A stretch of 64,000 nucleotides of DNA from an uncultured Gemmatimonadales bacterium (GTDB lineage Bacteria; Gemmatimonadota; Gemmatimonadetes; Longimicrobiales; RSA9): assembly GCA_963798085.1 (NCBI GenBank), contig CAWCRS010000003.1:192001-256000 (forward strand), in the 5' to 3' direction. How positions within the stretch are numbered: the stretch's first letter is position 1; every line of letters begins with the position of its first letter. The notes under the pieces were generated by a model, which made no database searches, was not told where the DNA came from, and saw only the letters and a program-made list of their open reading frames with translations. Shown here piece after piece: positions 9,757 to 19,742 of this stretch. Both the position numbers and the translations under genes were made by a program.

Positions 9757-12600
9757 TCAGCCTTCCAGCGCGCGCACGAAGTCCGGCAGTGTGGTGCTGG
9801 CGCCCACATCAATGCGTGGCAGCGCCAGCCGGTCATCGGTGCGCTGGCTGCGCCGGTCGCCACGCGCCACTGCTATGCGGAAGCCGCAGCCACTCACGAT
9901 GTGTCGCATCACGCCGTCCGCCGCCGCCACCAGATACGCGAACACCGACACGCGCTCGCCCAGTGCCTGCTCCAGCAGCAGCCTCGAGGTCACGGCTTCG
10001 TGCACGGCTTCGTCGGCGCGCATGCCGAGCAGGCTGATACCGTTGGCCGCGTGCGCGCCGAACTGCACGCCCTCGTCATGCAGCCGGCGGATGCTGCGCC
10101 AGTCGAGCCGTCCATCGTCGTGCGCGGACGTTTCCCGGATCAACGCGGCCGGCACGAACACCGTGGCGTGAAGGCCGTGGCGTCGCAGGACGGGCCAGGC
10201 ATGCTCGGCGAAGCTGCGCTCCGCCCCGTCGAACGTGAGCGCCACACAACGCCCGCGCAGCGGGCGGTGCGCGGCCGTGGCCTCCTGCCATTCGCCGAGT
10301 GTGACGGTGCGATAGCCGGCCTGCCGCAGGTGCGCCATCTGCTCCCCGAAAGCCGCCAGGCTCACCTCGCCTGCCGCGGGCGCAGTCCTGGCGCCCGCCA
10401 GACCCGCGTAGCGCAGAATGGGCAGCACCGTGGTGAGCCACATGTCATGGTCGCTGCCGGCCTGCGTGAGCGGCGGTCGAGGCCGCCGCACGGGCGCCGC
10501 CATCACCTCGGGCGCGGAGACCACCACCTGCCGGCCGGCGCGGGCCGGTTGCAGGGAAGCGACCGGTTCGCCTGCCCCCTGCCATGCACGACTCAGTAAC
10601 TCGGCGTTAGAAGAGGGCAGGCGCACCCGCCCGCAGCCGCTGCCCGGCGTGCCCCCCAGCACCAGCGTCGCCGCGCCCGGCACCGCCAGCTGCGCGGCCG
10701 CGCGACCGGCGCCCGGACTCATGCGCAACCGCGCAGGCATGAGCGGCGCCGCCGGCAGGCGCTGCGCACGCGCGGCTCGCCACAGCCGCACGCGCAGCGG
10801 TATGTCCGCACCCAGCGACCGGCCCACCAGCGCTTCGCGCACGGCAACCCGGCACAGTTGAAATCCCGCCGCGCTGGTCAGCGCCACGCGCAAGCGGCGA
10901 GGTGAGACGCGGCCCTCGCGCAGCGGAATCCAGAGGCAGGTCACGGGCGTACCGCCGATCCACAACTCCACAAGCACGCGCTCACCATCGCCACGCAACG
11001 ACGGCAGCTTGCGCCCGGCCTCGATGACGACGCCGGAAGCCGGCGCGTGCACCGAAGGCCCGGTGAGGCTGTACCAGCGCGCGCCGGGCTCGTCCTCATT
11101 GTAGAACGCGTCCATACGCGCACGCGGCAGACCCCACAGCTCCTGGAGCAGCACCTGCCAGCCTATGGCATCGTGCAATTCGGACCCGATGGTGGTCGCT
11201 TCGCGCTCGAGGCCCGCTGTCAGCTGCACACCGCCGCGGCTCGCCGTGTAGCCGCCCTGCTCTCGACGAAAGCGGAGTTCCCGGTACACACCCCGCGCAA
11301 AGAAGCGGCCCAGCAGTACCCATGCGAAACGCTCGGCAATGGCGTCGGCGATCACCTGCGCGGCAACACTGCCATCGACCACGGGCAGCTCGAGTGTGCC
11401 CAGTGCTTCGCCGTCCGCGAAGCAGTGCAGGAGCAGGACATCGGCATTTGGAATTGCCAGCGATGGAATCGGCGCCGTGATTTCCAGCGGGCGTACGTGG
11501 GTGCAGCCGGCCGTAAGCGTGGCGTCCGCGGGGGCCGCACGCAGCATGGCGCGATCGAGGTAGCTGAGCGTGCGTCGCGTGAGACCCGGCGAGGGTACGC
11601 GCGCCTCCAGTGCATCGACGAAGGACTGCGTGCTGGACCGGATGGCAGCCCAGTGCTGCAGAAGGCGCTCGCCGTGGCCCATGCTGGCGACGAGCATGGC
11701 CGCGTGCAACGTGATGGCAACGTCCTCCGCGTCGATCACCTGCGCCGCCGCGCGTGCCACGTCATCGAGCAGCGCCACCGGATCTTCACCGCTGGCCAGC
11801 ATGAGGCCCGCCGGCCAGCACACCCACCGCAGCATTGACGTGGTCAGTTCGCTCAGTGGCATGCCCGCGGCGTACGCGGGCAGCGGTATGCGCACGCGCG
11901 GGTCAGCCGCGTGCGCGCTGGTCAGCACCCGCCGGGCCGCATTCCACAGCGGCCGTACCCGCGTGGTCAGTGATCCCGCGCGCAGGCGGTACTCGACCAG
12001 TGGCTCGCGCAGCGTGGCCCAGCGTGCGCCCGCGCGCGCCAGTCGCAGCCACAGGTCCCAGTCCTCGCACACGGCAAACGATGGATCGAACGCGCCCGCC
12101 TTCAGCACCGTCGCCCGCCGCACCATGCAGCCGTGAATCACAGTGGCGCAGTAACGGGAGAAGGCGGCAAACGGCTCCCCGAAGAACTCCGGGTATTCCG
12201 CCGGCATGACGGCGCCGTCCGGCCCCACGCGGGTCCAGCCGCAGCAAAGGGCATCCACATCGGGCGCCTCGTCCAGCTTTTCGCACATGCGGCCCAGCGC
12301 GTTGGGTAACAGCGTGTCATCAGCATCGAGGAAGAGCAGCCAGTCCGCGGACGCCCGTGTCAGGCCGGCATTGCGCGCCGCTGCCGCGCCCGCGTGCTCG
12401 CACCGCAGCAGGTGGATGCGCGCGTCCACCTCGCGCTGTACTACTGCCACGGTGCCATCAGTCGACCCGTCGTCGACCACGATGGCCTCCCAGTCCGTCA
12501 TGTGCTGCGCGCGCAGCGAAGCCAGTGCCGCCTGTACGGTGGCTTCCGCCTGCCACGCGGCCATGATGACCGAGACCCGGGGCCGCTCCCCTGCGCCCAT
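9757..12600 (-). CDS. GT2 glycosyltransferase fused to an unknown middle region and a degenerate NodB-type polysaccharide deacetylase domain
   Basis: VVDDGSTD, FLDADD and CEDWDLW in the N-terminus; C-terminal deacetylase-like region with LTFDGA, ATVFV and LPRIDV. Confidence 0.85.
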   Translation of the reverse strand: MGAGERPRVSVIMAAWQAEATVQAALASLRAQHMTDWEAIVVDDGSTDGTVAVVQREVDARIHLLRCEHAGAAAARNAGLTRASADWLLFLDADDTLLPNALGRMCEKLDEAPDVDALCCGWTRVGPDGAVMPAEYPEFFGEPFAAFSRYCATVIHGCMVRRATVLKAGAFDPSFAVCEDWDLWLRLARAGARWATLREPLVEYRLRAGSLTTRVRPLWNAARRVLTSAHAADPRVRIPLPAYAAGMPLSELTTSMLRWVCWPAGLMLASGEDPVALLDDVARAAAQVIDAEDVAITLHAAMLVASMGHGERLLQHWAAIRSSTQSFVDALEARVPSPGLTRRTLSYLDRAMLRAAPADATLTAGCTHVRPLEITAPIPSLAIPNADVLLLHCFADGEALGTLELPVVDGSVAAQVIADAIAERFAWVLLGRFFARGVYRELRFRREQGGYTASRGGVQLTAGLEREATTIGSELHDAIGWQVLLQELWGLPRARMDAFYNEDEPGARWYSLTGPSVHAPASGVVIEAGRKLPSLRGDGERVLVELWIGGTPVTCLWIPLREGRVSPRRLRVALTSAAGFQLCRVAVREALVGRSLGADIPLRVRLWRAARAQRLPAAPLMPARLRMSPGAGRAAAQLAVPGAATLVLGGTPGSGCGRVRLPSSNAELLSRAWQGAGEPVASLQPARAGRQVVVSAPEVMAAPVRRPRPPLTQAGSDHDMWLTTVLPILRYAGLAGARTAPAAGEVSLAAFGEQMAHLRQAGYRTVTLGEWQEATAAHRPLRGRCVALTFDGAERSFAEHAWPVLRRHGLHATVFVPAALIRETSAHDDGRLDWRSIRRLHDEGVQFGAHAANGISLLGMRADEAVHEAVTSRLLLEQALGERVSVFAYLVAAADGVMRHIVSGCGFRIAVARGDRRSQRTDDRLALPRIDVGASTTLPDFVRALEG

Positions 12601-14756
12601 CAGTGTCCCGGCGGCTGCGGCACGGTGTCACGCGCAACGGCGGCGGTGTCGCGCACGACAGTCCGCTCCCAGATCTCCACCTGCGGGTCATCGTACACGC
12701 GCTGGAAATACGTCTGCAGCGTGCTGGCGCGCGTCAGCATGAAGCTCTCCCAGGTCTGTTCGTCCGGAAACCCGTTGTTCTCGAGAAAGCGCATCTCGCG
12801 GAACAGGTATGTGATTCCCAGGGAATCAATGCGCGCGATCACGTCGCTCTCATCGTCGTCCGCCGTCCACAGATCACGCAACGCCGGCGCCAGCGCGTTC
12901 AGCCGGCCCTGCACGCCCAGGAAATGATCGCCCCCGGCATAGGCCAGGACGACAGCGCCGGGCGGAAGATGCGCGTCCGCCCAGGCCCAGGCGTTGGCCG
13001 TGTGCACTTCGCGCTGCCTGTAGGTTGCCGCCGTCTCCGATCCCACCACCACCATGGGGATCGCTCGCCTGGTGTTGGCCAGCCAGCCCTGCCACTCGCG
13101 GCGGTCACCCTCGTGCAGCGGTGTGAACGCCGGCAGCTGCAATCCCAGCACACCCGCCAGGAACAACCACAGCAGAATGCGTGGCGGCCACGCCATTGCC
13201 GCTCCCAGACGCGTGACGCCGGCGGCCGCCAGCAGCGCGAACAGCGGTGTTACCGGAATCAGCCAGCGCAGCTGGAAACTGGCCAGCGGCAATGCCCAGA
13301 GGGCGAGAAACCCGAAGGCAAAGACCGCGATGGCGCGCAGTCCCGACGCCTTTGCCGGTTGCGCCGGCCGCAGCAGCAGCCCCGGTATCAACGCCAGCAG
13401 CAGCGGCCCCACCGTGCCCGCGTAGTGCGCACCGTGCATGGTCGCGTCCCAGGGCAGTAACAGCAGGTTGCGCAGTGTGCGCGGCTGGCCGAACTGTCCC
13501 ATGAAGCGCGCCAGTGCCTCGTTCGCCGTGTCATCCCAGCGGTCGCCCACGGCGCCCAGCAGGCTGTACAGCTGCGGCGACAGCGGATCGCCACCCAGCC
13601 AGTACGCGCGCGCGTACCAGATCAGGGGCGGCCCCAGCGACACGAGCGCGAGGAGCAGCACGGGCCGCAGCGCCGCGAGCAGGCTGCGCTGCTTCCGCCA
13701 CAGCTGCACGGCCAGCCAGGGCGCCGCCAGCACCGCCACCAGAATGGCTACGTGCTTCGTACCCAGTCCTAACCCGAGATTAAGAGCGGCCGCGAGCAGT
13801 GCGCCGCGCGCGCCGCTGCCGATGTAGGCCAGCAGCGCGCCCACCATCAGCGTGACGTGCAGCGCCAGCGCCACGTCGGTGTAGGCGGTCGATGCGTCCC
13901 ACTGCACGATGGGAAGCGATGCCAGCAGTGCGACGGGCAGCCAGGGCGACATGCCCGGCGCCACCCGCCGCGCCAGCCCGTACACCGCCGCCAGGGTGAG
14001 AATCAGCGCGCCGAAATGCAGCAGGACCGCCGTCTGCTCGCCGCCCAGCGCCAGGCCGTACCCGAACCACAGTTCCCACGTCATGGGGTAGAGCGACACG
14101 TACTCCGTGGGCACATCGACGAGGTGGCCCTGCGCGAGCGCCAACCGCGGAAAGAAGAGGTGGTACCACAGCGCGTCGTACTCCCGCTCCGGCGCCAGTG
14201 CGAAGAACAGCGTGACGCCCAGCAGCAGAATCGCGCAGGCCATCCATGGCACGTGCTTCATTCGCGGTCGCCGCAGTCGCGGGTTCACGCCGGGCTGATT
14301 GCGCCAGGCAACGAGCCCCAGCCACCAGGCCAGCACGGCGGACGCGACCCCGAACAGCACCCACGGGCGGTACCAGCCGAAGAGCGCGAGCCCCAGGCCC
14401 AGTGTGGCAAACGCGCCAATGCCCAGCGCGCCGCACATGGCGAACCACTCGCTCGCGTATTCGCTCTCCCAGCGCAGCAGCCGCGTGATGCGCGAGCCCA
14501 GCACGACGGCCGCCAGCATTAGCATGATGGCGACGCTGATCGAGGTCAGGTCGTGCTGCAGGGCGGGGATTAGCCAGGGAAGCCGGTTGCCGCGTTTCCA
14601 GCCTTCGAGCAGCGGCCAGTACGACTCGAGTCCGCGACGCCAGCGCAGGACGGCGCGGAAATACACGGATAGTACCAGCAATGCCCAGCCCGTGATCGCA
14701 GTGGCGAAAAGCGCGCGTGCGATCCTCGCCGTTACGCGCCTTCGCCTCTCGCTCAC
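12600..14756 (-). CDS. Polytopic membrane protein, GT-C (ArnT/PMT-like) glycosyltransferase
   Basis: Many hydrophobic helices; EYDALWYHL loop, AYTD and GTK motifs typical of GT-C enzymes; lies inside the glycan operon. Confidence 0.7.
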   Translation of the reverse strand: MSERRRRVTARIARALFATAITGWALLVLSVYFRAVLRWRRGLESYWPLLEGWKRGNRLPWLIPALQHDLTSISVAIMLMLAAVVLGSRITRLLRWESEYASEWFAMCGALGIGAFATLGLGLALFGWYRPWVLFGVASAVLAWWLGLVAWRNQPGVNPRLRRPRMKHVPWMACAILLLGVTLFFALAPEREYDALWYHLFFPRLALAQGHLVDVPTEYVSLYPMTWELWFGYGLALGGEQTAVLLHFGALILTLAAVYGLARRVAPGMSPWLPVALLASLPIVQWDASTAYTDVALALHVTLMVGALLAYIGSGARGALLAAALNLGLGLGTKHVAILVAVLAAPWLAVQLWRKQRSLLAALRPVLLLALVSLGPPLIWYARAYWLGGDPLSPQLYSLLGAVGDRWDDTANEALARFMGQFGQPRTLRNLLLLPWDATMHGAHYAGTVGPLLLALIPGLLLRPAQPAKASGLRAIAVFAFGFLALWALPLASFQLRWLIPVTPLFALLAAAGVTRLGAAMAWPPRILLWLFLAGVLGLQLPAFTPLHEGDRREWQGWLANTRRAIPMVVVGSETAATYRQREVHTANAWAWADAHLPPGAVVLAYAGGDHFLGVQGRLNALAPALRDLWTADDDESDVIARIDSLGITYLFREMRFLENNGFPDEQTWESFMLTRASTLQTYFQRVYDDPQVEIWERTVVRDTAAVARDTVPQPPGH

Positions 14757-16531
14757 ACGATGCTGGCCCTTTGCATCTGCGCTATGAAAGCGGCCAGGTC
14801 CGCGTCCCCGTCCACTTCAATGCGCGGCAGCGAAAGCATGCTGTCGCCGAAGGATGCGGGGCGAGGTCCGACGCCCAGGCCAAAGCTGAAACCGCAACCG
14901 GAGGTCAGGTGAGCAACCACGTCATCGTAAATGCCATAAGGGTAGGCCAGCGCCCGGGGCGGCAGGCCTGTCTCGCGGATGAGTGCGCTGCGACAGCGGG
15001 TCAACTGCTCGACAATGCCTTCTAACGACATGTCAGTCAATGGTCGATGCCCGGCCCCATGCCCGCCCAGCTCCACACCTTCCGCCTGCAGGGCGCGCAG
15101 TTCGTCCCAGTCCAGCAGCGGCACGGTTTCGCCGAGTTCCGCGTCCCACGCGTTCGCGCCGCCTACGTGATCCGTGGGCACGAAGAGCGTCGCGCCGAAC
15201 CCGTACTGCCGCAGGATGGGCCAGGCCACTTCGCCAAAATCCCGGTAGGCGTCGTCGAACGTGATGGCGACTCCCTTGCCCGCCAGCGGCCGCCGCGCAG
15301 AAACCGCCGCGAACCACTCCATGAGCGACACGGAATGGTATCCCTGCTCGCGCAGCCATTGCAGCTGCGCCTCCAGCAGCGCCGGTGGGAGGCGGTAGCG
15401 CGCGGTCAAATCCGATCCCGCCGAAGCCACACGGTGATACATGAGAATGGGCAGCCAGCGGGTCCCGCCTGCCTCCACCAGCCTTGCCTCCGGGACGCCG
15501 AGCTCGGGCCGGTGCGTGCACGGCACCACCAGCTCGGGCGAGTACATCACCCATTTGGGAGCCCGGCTGGCGTCCGGCGGCGTCACCACCGGCTCGCCCG
15601 CGAGCAGGGCGCTCTCCTGCAGGACACCCGCGCTCCCGGCCGGAAACGAGACCCGCCGCGTCACCGCGTCGCCCAGTGCCGTGTGTTCGCGACGGCCCAG
15701 CGCCATGCCCTGCCGCACCGGCGTCCCGCCCAGCGCGGTGCGCGCGACATCCAGCGGCTTCGGTTCGTAACCCTCGCGCGGGAAATGGGCCGTGCTCAGC
15801 AGCTGGCGCCGCACACTGCGGCTCGCTTCCGCCGCGCTACCCAGCATGCCCCCGCGCACGGTGATCACGCACAACTCGTAGCCGCCGCGGTCGAGCAGCA
15901 GCTCCTTCAGGTCCGCCCCGTCGAACTGTACGGGCCCACCCTGCCACCACACCGTGGCCAGGCGGCCGCCCAGTGTGCTGACGATGAGCGCGCCCTCCTC
16001 GCCGATCTCCACCGCAGGCAGCGGTTCCAGCAGCTCCAGCGTGTTGGCCCGCTCGGTCGACAGCCGCAGAACACGGCCCGCCGCGGCTGCGCGACCGGAT
16101 GGCGAGACCGGCGCCATCACCGGCTCCTGCGACATGTCGAAGAGCAGGCGCAGGAAGAAATCCCAGCCCACGGTGTCATGCAGCAGCTCGGCAAAGTCGG
16201 GATCGTCGGGGCGACGCGGCAGCGTCGCGATCACTTCGTCCCCGGCCCGCACGATCGTGCCCTCACCATCAGGAATGCGCGTGAGCTGCTGGTATTCGCG
16301 GCGTGCGAAGCGCAGGCTCAGCATGTGCCAGGCGAAGCGCGCCGCCACGGCATCGCGCAGCACGCCTCGCGCCAGAATGCTGGCCGGAGCGGGCAGGTCC
16401 AGCTCGCCCACAGGCGTGCCCTGATAACGCAGTGTCAGGTGCAGGCGCTCGACGCCGGCGGGGGCGTAGATGCCGCCCACCGGCCGGGCCAGCTCCAGAT
16501 CAACGCGCTCGTGGTCAGCGATCACCGCCAT
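14753..16531 (-). CDS. Polysaccharide deacetylase (NodB/CE4) with a long N-terminal unknown region
   Basis: PILMYHRV, ITFDDAY, GGHGAGH, AYPYG and LPRIEV motifs all intact. Confidence 0.88.
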   Translation of the reverse strand: MAVIADHERVDLELARPVGGIYAPAGVERLHLTLRYQGTPVGELDLPAPASILARGVLRDAVAARFAWHMLSLRFARREYQQLTRIPDGEGTIVRAGDEVIATLPRRPDDPDFAELLHDTVGWDFFLRLLFDMSQEPVMAPVSPSGRAAAAGRVLRLSTERANTLELLEPLPAVEIGEEGALIVSTLGGRLATVWWQGGPVQFDGADLKELLLDRGGYELCVITVRGGMLGSAAEASRSVRRQLLSTAHFPREGYEPKPLDVARTALGGTPVRQGMALGRREHTALGDAVTRRVSFPAGSAGVLQESALLAGEPVVTPPDASRAPKWVMYSPELVVPCTHRPELGVPEARLVEAGGTRWLPILMYHRVASAGSDLTARYRLPPALLEAQLQWLREQGYHSVSLMEWFAAVSARRPLAGKGVAITFDDAYRDFGEVAWPILRQYGFGATLFVPTDHVGGANAWDAELGETVPLLDWDELRALQAEGVELGGHGAGHRPLTDMSLEGIVEQLTRCRSALIRETGLPPRALAYPYGIYDDVVAHLTSGCGFSFGLGVGPRPASFGDSMLSLPRIEVDGDADLAAFIAQMQRASIV

Positions 16532-16558
16532 GGACTCCAGAACGAGGCAAACAGACTG

Positions 16559-17521
16559 TCAGGATGGATCGGGGATGCGCCCCTCGCAGGCCTCGCGGAA
16601 GGCCTGCAGCTCCGCACCGTCGCGGGCCTCGGCCCGCACGCCCTCCCAGTACCACGCGATCTGCGCGTAGCGCGCCGTACGGCTCCACCATTCGCCGCCT
16701 CGCCGGTGCCACGCCACCGCGTGCGCCTCCACCAGCCGCTCGCGCAGCCCGCGGCGGGCCATGAAGGGACCGGGCGAAAGCCGTGCGATTTCGGCCGCGG
16801 CCTCCGGGTGCAGACGGCGGAACCGCACATCCGCCTGCCCCATCGAGCGCCACTGCCGGATCCATTCGCGCGCTGCCTTGCGGTAGCGGTGTACGCCTCG
16901 CGCCGCCGGCTCGTGCACGAAGCGCGCGCCGGCGCGCAGCAGACGGTAGCCCAGCTCGTAGTCCTCGCGCCCGTATCCCGTGAACACCGCGTTGAATCCG
17001 CCGTGCTCCAGGAACCAGTCCCGCTCCAGCGAGACGTTGCCCGTGACGAAATCACGGAAGCTGGCCACGTGGTCCGGCTTCGCCATCTCCACGAGCTCCC
17101 CGTCCCACCATTCCCGGACGACACGATAATGCGCGGGTTCGGGTGAGTGCACCTCCATGGGCAGTGCGCCCGTGACCACGGTATGCGGCTGCGCGTGATG
17201 CCGCAGGTGGGCCCGCACCAGACCCGGCACGGCGATGATGTCGTCATCGAGAAAGATGATGACGGCCGCCGCTGCCGCGCGTGCGCCCGCGTTCCTCGCC
17301 TGTCCCTGCCCCTGCCGTGGGCCCGTCAGTGAGCGCACGGGTACGGCCCCGTTCCGCTTCGCCACCACGCGCTCGGAATCCGCATCCTCGCCGTCGATGG
17401 CGACGATGACCTCGAAACTGCCCGGCGCCGCGTCCTGTGCCGCCAGCGCCGCCAGCGTCGCGTCCAGCAGGGCCGGCCGGCCGCGCGTGGGAATCACGAC
17501 CGAGGCGCGCGGCTCGCTCAC
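16559..17521 (-). CDS. GT2 glycosyltransferase
   Basis: SVVIPTRGR, ARNAG, FLDDD and GYGREDYELGYRL; GTG start at 17521 overlaps the upstream stop. Confidence 0.88.
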   Translation of the reverse strand: MSEPRASVVIPTRGRPALLDATLAALAAQDAAPGSFEVIVAIDGEDADSERVVAKRNGAVPVRSLTGPRQGQGQARNAGARAAAAAVIIFLDDDIIAVPGLVRAHLRHHAQPHTVVTGALPMEVHSPEPAHYRVVREWWDGELVEMAKPDHVASFRDFVTGNVSLERDWFLEHGGFNAVFTGYGREDYELGYRLLRAGARFVHEPAARGVHRYRKAAREWIRQWRSMGQADVRFRRLHPEAAAEIARLSPGPFMARRGLRERLVEAHAVAWHRRGGEWWSRTARYAQIAWYWEGVRAEARDGAELQAFREACEGRIPDPS

Positions 17522-18495
17522 CCGCCGTTCCCTGCTGCACTGCGTTCGCGACGCAGGCGCCGCCGCGCCTGCCAGAGCGCGACCGGCCCCCACCACGATC
17601 CCATCAGCTCCGCCAGCACCAGACGCGGCGGCAGTTCGCCGTTGCGGCGTGAAAACGAATTGGGCAGCCGCGTGATGTGCCACCACATGTACTTCACGGC
17701 CGCGGGCGGAATGCGCCGGTCGCGGGTGCGCAGCCACCAGTGCGTCCAGAAAGCGAACACGCCCACACCGTAGCCGAACAGCTGGCGGCGCAGCTCGGGC
17801 AGCGTGCGCCGGTGCCGATGGCGCACGCTGGCGCGCGGCTCGTAGATCAGGCGGTGTCCCGCCTCAATGAAGCGCGCGAACATCTCTGTGTCGCCACCGC
17901 TGTGCGTCTCCGTGCCCGCGTCGAATGCCTCATCGAACGGGCCTACGCCCGCCAGCAGCGCGCGCGGAAACGCCATGTTAGCGCCGGCACCCACGTGTCC
18001 GGCGAATGCCGGCGGCCAGGGCAGCACGTACTCGCGACGCTGGTCGCGGCGCCGCTTCCCCGCCATGTACAGCAGGTACTCCTCGAAGAGCCGCTGCGCC
18101 GGCGTCTCCAGCTCGGCCGGCTGCACCGCGCCCGCCATGCCGCCCACGTTGGGCTCCTCCAGGACCTCACGCACGCAGCGCGTCCAGTCGGCATCGGGAA
18201 TGGCGTCATCATCGGTGTAGGCGACAATGTCACCGGTGCTCGCCTGCGCTCCGGCGTTGCGCGCAATGTCCAGGCCCTTGCGCGCCTCCTGGATGTAGCG
18301 CACACCCGCCTGTTCGCACACCGCGCGGGTCCGCTCCGTGCGCGGCGCGTTGTCCACGACAATGACCTCGATGGGCGGCTCGACCTGCGCCGCCAGTGCC
18401 GCCAGGCAGCGCACCAGGTCATCCGGCCGCTCGTGCGTGCACACCACGACGGACACCGTCAGTCTGCGGCCGGCGGTCTCCCCCGCTTCTGTCAT
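17518..18495 (-). CDS. GT2 glycosyltransferase
   Basis: SVVVCTHERP, VVDNAP, YTDDD, GAGANMAF and GGDTE; ATG at 18495 overlaps the upstream stop. Confidence 0.9.
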   Translation of the reverse strand: MTEAGETAGRRLTVSVVVCTHERPDDLVRCLAALAAQVEPPIEVIVVDNAPRTERTRAVCEQAGVRYIQEARKGLDIARNAGAQASTGDIVAYTDDDAIPDADWTRCVREVLEEPNVGGMAGAVQPAELETPAQRLFEEYLLYMAGKRRRDQRREYVLPWPPAFAGHVGAGANMAFPRALLAGVGPFDEAFDAGTETHSGGDTEMFARFIEAGHRLIYEPRASVRHRHRRTLPELRRQLFGYGVGVFAFWTHWWLRTRDRRIPPAAVKYMWWHITRLPNSFSRRNGELPPRLVLAELMGSWWGPVALWQARRRLRRERSAAGNGG

Positions 18496-19742
18496 GCTGC
18501 GCTCCTTTCGCGCAACCACTTCTGCACTCGCCGGGCCGCGGCGCGCCGGTTCATGCCCAGCAGGACGCTGGCGAATTGCGCGGCCGCCGCGTCCCGCAAT
18601 CGGTCGGCACCCACACAGCCGGCCACCACCGGCAGCTTCAGCTCGCCCAGCAGCACACCGTCGAGGCGCACCTGCACGCGCACGCGGGCCGCACTGCCCA
18701 GACCACGCAGCGGCGAGGGCGCTTCCCGCAGCTCCACCGAAGCGTTGACTTCGCTGTTCGCGTCGACCGGCGGGTGCAGCTTCTGGAAAGCACGGGGAAC
18801 AGCGTCGTCGCCTGCAGACCGATAACGGGCCGGACCCTCACGCTGGGCGCGCCACTCGCGCAGCACCATCTCGGACGGGAAACGACGACCCAGGCGGGCG
18901 CGCAGGTAGCGCTGTGCGAACCAGGTCCGGTCCAGCCAGCGCCGCAGCGCCAGCGCGGGCGCCGCTTCCTCCGGGAACGCGAGCGAAATGCTGGTCAGGT
19001 ACGCGGCCATGCCTGTGCCCCAGCTGACCAGCTGTGCGTCCAGCTCCGCACGCGTGCGCCAATGGCGGTGGCGCACGACCGCGGCCGGCTCGTAGAGCAG
19101 CAGCCCACCTGCCTTCAGCACGCGGAAGAACATCCCCAGGTCACCCGCACCGCCCGCTGGCGTGCCGGCGTCCAGCGCCGGATCGAAGCCACCCACACGG
19201 CCGAGCGCTTCCCGTCGAACAGCCATGTTCGCGCCCGTCCCCAGCTTGCCGGTGTTGCCGTGGCGCCGCGCGATGGGTCCGTCCGACTCCGCCAGGTACC
19301 AGCGCCGCTCCATGCCCCGGCCAAAACCCAGGTAACGCTCGAACAGCCACTGCGCCTCGGTCTCCAGCTCGAGCGGCAGCACCAGGCCGGTGATGGCGCT
19401 GACATCCGGATTGCGGGCGAAACGCGCCGCCAGCGTCCGCACCCACGCGACATCGGCGCGCGCATCGTCATCGGTGAAGGCTAACAGCGTGCGAGTCGTT
19501 TCCGCCGCCGCGCGGTTGCGCGCCCGGTCCAGGCCGGGACGCTCCTCGCGCACGTAGCGCACGCCGGGATGCGCGCGCACCAGCGTTTCCGTCACCGCAT
19601 CACGCGGCGCACTGTCCACCACCACCAGCTCCGCGCCCGCCGCCGTGGCGATCAATGCGGGCAGCGCCTGGCCCAGCTCAGCCGGTCGTTCGCGTGTGCA
19701 CAGCACCACTGCCACGTCGCGGCCGTCCGCGGCATTCTGCAT
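18492..19742 (-). CDS. GT2 glycosyltransferase (probably the 3' part of a frameshifted gene that starts at 20052)
   Basis: VVLCTRERP, GLDRARN, FTDDD and GTGANMA motifs. Confidence 0.85.
   Translation of the reverse strand: MQNAADGRDVAVVLCTRERPAELGQALPALIATAAGAELVVVDSAPRDAVTETLVRAHPGVRYVREERPGLDRARNRAAAETTRTLLAFTDDDARADVAWVRTLAARFARNPDVSAITGLVLPLELETEAQWLFERYLGFGRGMERRWYLAESDGPIARRHGNTGKLGTGANMAVRREALGRVGGFDPALDAGTPAGGAGDLGMFFRVLKAGGLLLYEPAAVVRHRHWRTRAELDAQLVSWGTGMAAYLTSISLAFPEEAAPALALRRWLDRTWFAQRYLRARLGRRFPSEMVLREWRAQREGPARYRSAGDDAVPRAFQKLHPPVDANSEVNASVELREAPSPLRGLGSAARVRVQVRLDGVLLGELKLPVVAGCVGADRLRDAAAAQFASVLLGMNRRAAARRVQKWLRERSAA

Noticed and set aside
16559..16561. Selenocysteine recoding of the in-frame TGA
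   Set aside because: The position is an inter-domain linker rather than a catalytic site, and no convincing SECIS-like hairpin was identified just downstream.
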